From positions 390,001 to 422,000 of the forward strand of contig CP060232.1 in NCBI GenBank assembly GCA_023898645.1: 32,000 bases of DNA. Direction: 5' to 3'. The notes below the pieces were generated by a model, which was not told the DNA's origin, ran no database searches, and worked only from the letters and a program-made list of their open reading frames with translations. Both the position numbers and the translations under genes were made by a program. Below, in pieces: positions 27,001 to 32,000 of the stretch. Numbering within the stretch: position 1 is the stretch's first letter; each line of letters opens with the position of its first letter. Origin of the DNA: Candidatus Saccharimonadota bacterium (GTDB taxonomy: Bacteria > Patescibacteriota > Saccharimonadia > Saccharimonadales > Saccharimonadaceae).

Positions 27001-27350
27001 GTCTTATTCGTCAACGTCGCCGTCGCCGCGTTCTTCGTCGCATCACTGGTGTTGTCGACCTGATCAAGACCGACATCGGTCTTGGTGAGGGAGACAGCAC
27101 CTGTTTTGGCGGCAACGCTCGTGACAGGGGCGGTGGCATTGAGCTTGGTTTGAACAGCTGTATCGAGCAATGTTTCGGTGATAGATCCGTCGGCAATAGA
27201 AATAGAGTCGATGGCATTAGGTGCAATAGCGTCGCTCGTGACACTGTCTGTTTTTAGCTTGCCGTCGGGGGCGTGAATCTGCTCCAAGAAGTTATTGAGG
27301 ATACTACCCCAATTGCCCGTGTCGCCGCCCGGTGTTGGGAGCCGAGCCAT
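24003..27350 (-). CDS. 1115-aa phage-tail-fibre-like protein: fibre-type N-terminus, TLTNKT-delimited repeat modules, inserted globular domain, C-terminal glycine-rich domain
   Basis: This is a single uninterrupted ORF. The N-terminus reads MARLPTPGGDTGNWGSILNNFL...KTGAVSLTKTDVGLDQVDNTSDATK. The motif [TS][LF][TS]NKT[LI] occurs five times. The C-terminal part reads WTKPSGAVSVKFTLCGPGGGGGSG, followed by several poly-Gly runs. No signal peptide is present. The CDS call is firm and the function is inferred. Confidence 0.85.
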   Translation of the reverse strand: MARLPTPGGDTGNWGSILNNFLEQIHAPDGKLKTDSVTSDAIAPNAIDSISIADGSITETLLDTAVQTKLNATAPVTSVAAKTGAVSLTKTDVGLDQVDNTSDATKNAATATLTNKTLTDPKVSTIKDTNNNTILSLSPAANAVNYLQITNRYTGAYPLIQTVGADANIGVTLIPKGSGPLRLYGETGQTEMAISATSTAPNTNLNLTTQGTGTVRANGVDVLTVSGTQTLTNKTISGSNNTITNIPASSLPDASRLVVTTVYGSTGPEDGPNTWTKIATFSTGSGVYRDVQVVLQVVAGYGAYGASATILAFLRSHSGTNPAVGVKILSCTDSMAPQYNFPADAFKVISGGWTSDAELWMRKPTNYGQYAIYELSRFCGNGASLPVYNDGATWQSATPTGTVNNVSSDGVVSATGKLSVYATTGGTPTIAAIGDDTNKNLNITTKGTGTVKINSVDAATISDSQTFTNKTLVSPKIGTSILDTSGNTLLSLATYPSAVNYLRLANRGTGLNPYLLVDGADSNIDLQINPKGSGSLMFYVTTGQTPTIKADGQDANHNLNLLPKGTGVVQANGVEVVTTSGAQTLTNKTLTTPKVRQIAAEDGGTAIYLESNGASLAHLQINRTASATNLFANSLFGATDVSLGLKSKGSSPIGLSNTAGTPGMTIYPLGPNYLIGASAALGQAPYITATSSTGVGDDNVSLNLKTKGTGTVQANGVDVVTTTGTQSLSNKTLVSPTITGTPAGIAKQAQVDVFTPLGANYVTDKQVSSNVVTLTTLTAHGYQVGDKVWINGIDSAIELNLVTSVTITSIPTATTFTFARSTADIAPATVRPYGNVFKLQTWTKPSGAVSVKFTLCGPGGGGGSGARRATTSNRTGGGGGGGGGWQEVTVPASDVPDTAMFVSVPAGAYGGLPVTTDDTDGMVGGRSYHSTRVSNLEISYISTLNFNANPGYGGLGGSTGTTVAGGGGAVNTQFAGGAGGAGNNSNGSIGSNATYVGGGGGGGGGAAASSTSSAAGGGAASIFAVRSLSGTFVSPGNGTSTMDATTNTSYYPVIPGLPGIGGGGGAYKTATNGGNGGDATNHNAGGGGGGASDNGYNSGAGGKGADGCVVITTYF
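25146..26099 (-). repeat. fibre repeat half-module plus modules B and C (aa 418-735) of the large protein
   Basis: The half-module spans aa 418-472. Module B spans aa 466-590 (125 aa). Module C is degenerate and longer, spanning aa 584-735. All end in xTxxxSxTFTNKTL / TLTNKTL / SLSNKTL. Confidence 0.75.
26643..27017 (-). repeat. fibre repeat module A (aa 112-236, 125 aa) of the large protein
   Basis: It is bounded by TLTNKTL and TLTNKTI. It aligns without gaps to module B, sharing AVNYLxxxNR, GADxNIxxxxxPKGSG, NLNL and KGTGxVxANGV. Confidence 0.8.
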
Positions 27351-27577
27351 TTACATAGTCCCTCTCGGGGCGTCACGAGAAACAGCATCCGCTGCACCGG
27401 TCGCCAGGTTTTTCAGAATTATGTCCATCCTTACTCTTAAAACCATATACCCCAACAAAACTATTGAACGTTGTAAATTCTCCCTACATTGTAATATGTT
27501 TATGGTATATATTGCAATTCATAAACTGGGTGTCAAATGCTGGTAAGCATCTATGGGTTTTTGGATTGAAAATAAAC

Positions 27578-27603
27578 AAACCCGCGCATCGGGGCGCGGG
27601 TTT
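27578..27603. terminator. hairpin terminator immediately 3' of tRNA-Ala (minus strand)
   Basis: The stem is aaacccgcgc/gcgcgggttt with loop atcggg. On the minus strand it is followed by TTTGTTTATTTT. Confidence 0.7.
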
Positions 27604-27617
27604 GGAATTGATGATTT

Positions 27618-27694
27618 TGGTGGAGCATATCGGATTCGAACCGATGACCTCTTCCATGCCATGGAAGCGCGCTAGCCAACTGCGCCAATGCCCC
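27618..27694 (-). tRNA. tRNA-Ala (anticodon GGC), CCA encoded
   Basis: I folded the reverse complement. The acceptor is GGGGCAT/ATGCTCC and carries the G3:U70 alanine identity pair. The anticodon stem-loop is CTTCC-ATGGCAT-GGAAG, the T arm is ATCGG-TTCGAAT-CCGAT, and the 3' end is ACCA. Confidence 0.9.
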
Positions 27695-27761
27695 TTATTC
27701 AGGCGTTCTGTTCTACACCAAATGTGTAACGTCTGAGCCTTATGATACCAATAAAAACACC

Positions 27762-27795
27762 TGTCGCCAAGGCAACGACAGGTGTTTCAGATTAA
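27762..27795 (-). terminator. Rho-independent terminator of the DUF308 gene
   Basis: The stem is acacctgtcg/cgacaggtgt (10 bp). On the minus strand it is followed by TTTTTATT. Confidence 0.7.
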
Positions 27796-27833
27796 ACTTA
27801 TTTTGTTAAATGATCGATCTTGAATTTAACAAA

Positions 27834-28376
27834 CTAGTCACGTAGTCGAGTTGCGTGTGCTAGGTTTACCGAGCCCAAGAAGAGCGCGTAAAGACCGAGC
27901 AACCAAACGAAGTCCATGACTCCTACTACTGGGTAACGCCAGAGCCATATACCGGCGACAACGCCGACTACGCCTGATACTACCCACATGAGCCGATGTT
28001 CGCTCGAGACGCTGTGAAACGCCGATACGAACAAGTCGCCCACACCACGAGCAAGAGCTAGCGCACCTACTGTGACGAGGAACGTTGCTTGACTCATGTC
28101 TGGGTTACGAACCAGATACACGCCGACACCCAGCATTACAACACCGACCAGTAGTGAAAACCACCAGGAAGTGTTTATGCCGAGATCACGGAAACCGTGC
28201 ACCAGCTCTACGACGCCGACTACAACTACGTAGACGGCAAACCATGATACGAGGCTCGCTAGTGTGAGCCCTGGGAAGAACAATGCAATAACCCCGAACG
28301 CTACGGTTGCGAGACCTTGCAAAACGAACAGTCCAAAAACGTGACTGTCCACATACTCATTAACGTTAGTACTCAT
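27834..28376 (-). CDS. HdeD/DUF308 family membrane protein
   Basis: It has six TM helices with the repeated pattern GLATVAFGVIALFFPG...VGVVELVHGF...LLVGVVMLGVGVYLV, typical of DUF308. Confidence 0.8.
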   Translation of the reverse strand: MSTNVNEYVDSHVFGLFVLQGLATVAFGVIALFFPGLTLASLVSWFAVYVVVVGVVELVHGFRDLGINTSWWFSLLVGVVMLGVGVYLVRNPDMSQATFLVTVGALALARGVGDLFVSAFHSVSSEHRLMWVVSGVVGVVAGIWLWRYPVVGVMDFVWLLGLYALFLGSVNLAHATRLRD

Positions 28377-28485
28377 TTTCCCTCCATTTGCCTTGTAATT
28401 ACAGGTATACTCCTAATGTTTAAAAAATACAACAAAAAAATTTAGAAAATATGTTATACAGCGTGGCGAAAAGATGCCGTAAATA

Positions 28486-28517
28486 AAAACCGCTCAGATA
28501 TGAGCGGGTTTTATTTT
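28486..28517 (+). terminator. orphan Rho-independent terminator with no annotated gene upstream on the plus strand
   Basis: The stem is aaaaccgctc/gagcgg(g)tttt (a 6-bp GC core with an A:T extension and one bulge), followed by TTTTATTTT. The only thing upstream on this strand is about 100 nt of intergenic DNA. Confidence 0.6.
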
Positions 28518-28831
28518 GCTGTTGCGCGCCCACCCGGGGCAGGGTTTTACGTGGTTGTGTTTGTTTTTGCCGCGCAAACGGGTTGCCCCAAATTGCGCAC
28601 CAGCACTATATGCAGTATGACTCATTTTTCAAGGAAGCGCAAGCATCTTAAGCCATTACTCATGTTTAGTGTGTTGCTGCTTTAACGTACTAAACAAACA
28701 TAAAAAATAAGAGAGATATGACATGTGCAATTTTATAGCACAGTACGTTTATGTAAGTGGTTCACGGCTGTCTCTTTGTCGTGCTGGATGTTATAATTAA
28801 GTCGAATATATATCTAAGCCAGGGGAAGACA

Positions 28832-29239
28832 ATGGAATCTCATTTTGAGTGGCAACAAGCTACCGATGCCATTACTGAATTCGATGACGTGTTAGACGAT
28901 GGTTTTGATTTGGTCGAAGACCGCAAAGTTCGGCATCTCATTGAAGATGCTCTCAAGAAAGGCGAACACTACAAGGCTGCGCGAATTGCCAAAGATATGC
29001 GCGAGGCGTTGATGGAGCATACTATCAGAAAGCGTATATTCTCAGTCGCGGAGGCAGCTGGCGGCAAAATAGGAATCGAGCGTCTCATGAATAGTGTCTG
29101 TGAAACCGAGGGCGAGTCCGCCATGAATGCTACGCTATGCTTGGTGTATATCATGCAAGCCGAGGGCAAGATGTCTATCTATGCAGCGGAAACAAGTGAT
29201 GAAATTATTGTTGAACTTCTCCGACGACGCCGTCGATAA
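28832..29239 (+). CDS. hypothetical acidic protein (135 aa) ending in RRRRR
   Basis: The ATG at 28832 is preceded by GGGGAAG about 5 nt upstream. I preferred it to the track's GTG at 28757, whose first 25 codons are AT-rich and noncoding in appearance. I recognised no motif. Confidence 0.55.
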   Translation: MESHFEWQQATDAITEFDDVLDDGFDLVEDRKVRHLIEDALKKGEHYKAARIAKDMREALMEHTIRKRIFSVAEAAGGKIGIERLMNSVCETEGESAMNATLCLVYIMQAEGKMSIYAAETSDEIIVELLRRRRR

Positions 29240-29257
29240 AATGGTATAATCACCCTA

Positions 29258-30565
29258 ATGTTTAAATCGCTACAGCAACGATATAAAGCCGGCGTACAAA
29301 AGAAGCTTGAGCAAGCTGTCGTAGCGTATTTTGAGGCGCATCCTGAAGTGAAGTTGGTCGTTGTGACTGGTAGCGTCGGAAAGACGAGCACTAAGACGGC
29401 TATTGCTACGATGTTGGCGCAGGGGTATCGCGTGCGGCTTCACGAAGGTAATCACAATACCCCTATGAGCGTGCCGCTTGCTATCTTGGGCGTGCCATAC
29501 CCTGACAACGTCCATAGCTTTACTGCGTGGAGCGACGCCGTCAAGGCGGCGCGAGCTAGAATCCTAGCTCCGACTGATGTTGACGTAATCGTACAAGAGC
29601 TTGGTGCCGATCATCCTGGAGACATTACTGCGTTTGGTCGCTACCTAAAACCATACATATCGGTCGTGACCGCCGTGACTCCTGAGCACATGGAGTTCTT
29701 TAAGACTATCGACGCAGTTGCCCGGGAAGAGCTTGCGGCGGCGAACTTCGGTCAACTGGCACTCATCAATCGCGACGATATTGATGGCAAATATGCCGAG
29801 TTCATCAGCAATGCAAATCTCAGTACCTATGGCACAAGTGCTGCTGCTGAATACCATTTTGACCAACAAGATTTTTCTGTAGAAAAAGGCCATAGCGGCA
29901 CTTTAGTCGCGCCCGGATTGCCGTCCGGAATTGCTGCGATTGTAAATGTATTAGGTGATCATAATTTGCGCCCAGCGATTGCGGCGGCGGCTGTGGGCAT
30001 GAAGTTTAATATGCAGCCGGATGTTATTAAATCAGGTCTTGAAAAAATTCGACCAATTCCCGGTCGCATGAACATGTTGCGTGGACTCAACGGCAGCATG
30101 ATTATAGACGACTCGTATAATTCTAGTCCCGCTGCCGCTGTAAGTGCTATTCAGACCTTTTATAGTATCGATGCGCCACAGCGCATTGCCATAATGGGTA
30201 GTATGAATGAGCTAGGTGACTCGTCGCCGGCTGAACATAAAATGATAGGTGAAATGTTTCATCCGGATGTCGTCGAATGGGTGATTACCATCGGCGATGA
30301 CGCTGAAAAGTACCTAGCGCCGGCTGCACACTCGCAGGGATGCCAGATAAAATCGTTTAAAAATGCCGTCCAAGCTGGAGCGTTTGCCCATAGTGTCATG
30401 GCAAAAGGAGCGCTCGTGCTAGTAAAAGGCTCGCAGGGTAATGTTTACGCCGAAGAAGCCGTGAAAATATTGTTGCTTGATCAAAACGATGCCGACAAGC
30501 TTGTCCGCCAGTCGCCTGCTTGGGTCGCTCATAAAGAAGAATTTTTTGAGCGGAATCTTGTTTGA
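29258..30565 (+). CDS. murF: UDP-N-acetylmuramoyl-tripeptide--D-alanyl-D-alanine ligase (MurF), short N-terminal form
   Basis: The Mur ligase P-loop is VTGSVGKTSTKT. The remaining motifs are MurF-like: NHNTPMSVPLAILG, TPEHMEFF, DDSYNSSPAA and MGSMNELGDSS. Confidence 0.85.
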   Translation: MFKSLQQRYKAGVQKKLEQAVVAYFEAHPEVKLVVVTGSVGKTSTKTAIATMLAQGYRVRLHEGNHNTPMSVPLAILGVPYPDNVHSFTAWSDAVKAARARILAPTDVDVIVQELGADHPGDITAFGRYLKPYISVVTAVTPEHMEFFKTIDAVAREELAAANFGQLALINRDDIDGKYAEFISNANLSTYGTSAAAEYHFDQQDFSVEKGHSGTLVAPGLPSGIAAIVNVLGDHNLRPAIAAAAVGMKFNMQPDVIKSGLEKIRPIPGRMNMLRGLNGSMIIDDSYNSSPAAAVSAIQTFYSIDAPQRIAIMGSMNELGDSSPAEHKMIGEMFHPDVVEWVITIGDDAEKYLAPAAHSQGCQIKSFKNAVQAGAFAHSVMAKGALVLVKGSQGNVYAEEAVKILLLDQNDADKLVRQSPAWVAHKEEFFERNLV

Positions 30566-31494
30566 TGTACCCCGAGCCGCCGATTATTAACGAAGGGGAA
30601 TACAAACCTTGGTATCGGCGGCGCTGGGCTCGATTATCGGCGGTTGTTTTTGTGGGCATTGCTGTAGTTGCCGTTGTCATGTCGATCGTCATGGCTATCA
30701 CCTGGAATGCTAGTGCTGAAAAGGCGCTACTTGACGCTACTGATTATGCGTTAAAAACGCCTGGGACGTACCACGTGCAGTATGGCAATTTGACGAATTT
30801 GACGGCGAGAGTAGACGGCAAGAAATACGCGTTTGATGGTACATTCGACAAGACGCCAGTAAGTATCGTTATAGCCGACGGCATGCTGTATGCTAAGTCA
30901 TCCGATCCGCAAAAGCTTTACGAAACATTTGTAAACCCCTCTAAATCGTCGAGTGCGATGTCGGCGCTATTGGAAAGTATATTGCCGAATCTCAAAAACC
31001 ATTGGATCAGTATTAACTTGCGAACTACGTCGTCATCTTCAAACATTGGAGGCATTAATTGCCCTCTTGATATCCGCGATGCTCTGACTGTCGACAGTTC
31101 ACGTCAGCAGCTAATCGAAGTGTACGCTGCGAATCCATTTCTGACTGTCACGCGGTTAAATGGGTCGGACTACAGAGTTGCAATTCGTAGTAAAAAATTC
31201 TCGGCGTTCGACAAGGAATTAGTTAAATCGAACGTGTATCAATCGCTTACAAGTTGTCCTCAAGAAAACAATCTCATTAAAGATAATTTGTTAATCGGTG
31301 GAAGCGTCGTGTTAAAGCTTTCTCAGGATCATAAGCTGCAATCTATGACAGCAACGAGTAAATCCGTTACCGCAAAGGTCACTGCAGATTACGGTGCTGT
31401 CGCTAAAATCATTACCCCGTCAGACTCCGTTGACGTTGGTCAGATCATAGGTAGTGTCATCCAGTCGCTTTTTAGTTCACACGCTATCAAATAA
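30565..31494 (+). CDS. hypothetical membrane-anchored extracytoplasmic protein, translationally coupled to murF
   Basis: A TGATG stop/start overlap links it to murF. It has one N-terminal TM helix (LSAVVFVGIAVVAVVMSIVMAI) and a soluble domain of about 260 aa. Confidence 0.6.
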   Translation: MYPEPPIINEGEYKPWYRRRWARLSAVVFVGIAVVAVVMSIVMAITWNASAEKALLDATDYALKTPGTYHVQYGNLTNLTARVDGKKYAFDGTFDKTPVSIVIADGMLYAKSSDPQKLYETFVNPSKSSSAMSALLESILPNLKNHWISINLRTTSSSSNIGGINCPLDIRDALTVDSSRQQLIEVYAANPFLTVTRLNGSDYRVAIRSKKFSAFDKELVKSNVYQSLTSCPQENNLIKDNLLIGGSVVLKLSQDHKLQSMTATSKSVTAKVTADYGAVAKIITPSDSVDVGQIIGSVIQSLFSSHAIK

Positions 31495-31534
31495 AAGCTA
31501 CGCCCACATACACAAAACTGATATACTGTAACAG

Positions 31535-32000
31535 ATGAAGCGATACAATCCGACAGAGATAGAACCCAAGTGGCAACAATTTTGGGATGAAAAAGGCACG
31601 TACGTGGCTGATCTTGCTAGTGACAAGACCAAATATTACGCCTTGAGTATGTTTAATTACCCGAGCGGTGCCGGAATTCATATCGGGCATGCTATGAACT
31701 ACACCATCAGTGACGTTATGGCACGATTTAAGCGACAGCAGGGCTACGAAAGCTACCATCCGGTTGGTTGGGACGCTTTTGGATTGCCGGCCGAGAACTA
31801 CGCTATCAAAACTGGCGTATCGCCGCAGCAAAGCATGAAATCCATCATCCCTGGCTACCATAAACAGTACAAAGCCATGGGCTGGAGTAACGATTGGACC
31901 AAAGAAATCGCCACTCATGAGCCCGAGTATTATAAGTGGACACAATGGATCTTTGCGCAGATGTACAAAGAGGGTTTGGCTTATCAAGACAGCCGTATGC
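31535..32000 (+). CDS. leuS: leucyl-tRNA synthetase, N-terminal part (continues beyond the window)
   Basis: I translated it by hand from the ATG at 31535: MKRYNPTEIEPKWQQFWDEKGTYVADLASDKTKYYALSMFNYPSGAGIHIGHAMNYTISDVMARFKRQQGYESYHPVGWDAFGLPAENYAIKTG... It carries the class I HIGH motif and the canonical LeuS N-terminus. It is absent from the ORF track because there is no stop within the window. Confidence 0.92.
   Translation, partial: MKRYNPTEIEPKWQQFWDEKGTYVADLASDKTKYYALSMFNYPSGAGIHIGHAMNYTISDVMARFKRQQGYESYHPVGWDAFGLPAENYAIKTGVSPQQSMKSIIPGYHKQYKAMGWSNDWTKEIATHEPEYYKWTQWIFAQMYKEGLAYQDSRM

Noticed and set aside
23758-27700. A prophage or integrative element inserted at the 3' end of tRNA-Ala, or a diversity-generating retroelement acting on the fibre gene.
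   Set aside because: The window contains no integrase, reverse transcriptase, capsid, portal or terminase gene. I found no direct repeat of the tRNA-Ala 3' end in 23758-24002, and no template-repeat copy of the gene's 3' region. Only a remnant scenario remains possible, so this is kept as a caveat in the finding rather than called a feature.
27464-27736. A 90-aa plus-strand ORF.
   Set aside because: It runs straight through the tRNA-Ala gene and its terminator, so it is not coding.
28500-28685. A 61-aa ORF in the gap between the DUF308 and murF regions.
   Set aside because: It starts inside a terminator hairpin, has no ribosome-binding site, and has an implausible sequence (FYFAVARPPGAGFYVVVFVFAA...). 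I treated the region as noncoding; see the corresponding finding.
31487-31987. A 166-aa ORF on the minus strand.
   Set aside because: It lies exactly antisense to the unmistakable leuS N-terminus (HIGH motif, canonical sequence). Its composition is hydrophobic and odd. It is a shadow ORF.

Overview
This is a compact bacterial chromosome segment with genes on both strands, many 1-8 nt start/stop overlaps, and short intergenic hairpin terminators. The housekeeping anchors are ligA, murF, the 5' part of leuS, tRNA-Cys(GCA), tRNA-Leu(UAA), tRNA-Ala(GGC), a lemA-htpX pair and an ABC-2 exporter. Between them lies accessory-looking content. It includes four flavoenzymes (a DAO-type FAD oxidoreductase, an FMN reductase, a PNPOx-like protein and a type I Baeyer-Villiger monooxygenase) and three alpha/beta hydrolases. 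It also includes an M3 peptidase, a secreted CHAP hydrolase, a GIY-YIG/T5orf172 nuclease, two tandem bPH2 membrane paralogs and an RRM RNA-binding protein. Two cell-surface genes stand out. One encodes a 1115-aa phage-tail-fibre-like protein with no other phage genes nearby. The other encodes a type IV pilin-like protein whose C-terminus is a Pro/Thr linker followed by a glycine-zipper hydrophobic tail. The gene content and compact architecture suggest a small-genome, possibly episymbiotic lineage (Patescibacteria/Saccharibacteria-like), but that is inference only. I saw no CRISPR array, rRNA, transposase, integrase or reverse transcriptase. All functional calls rest on motif recognition in the supplied translations, because no database search was possible.
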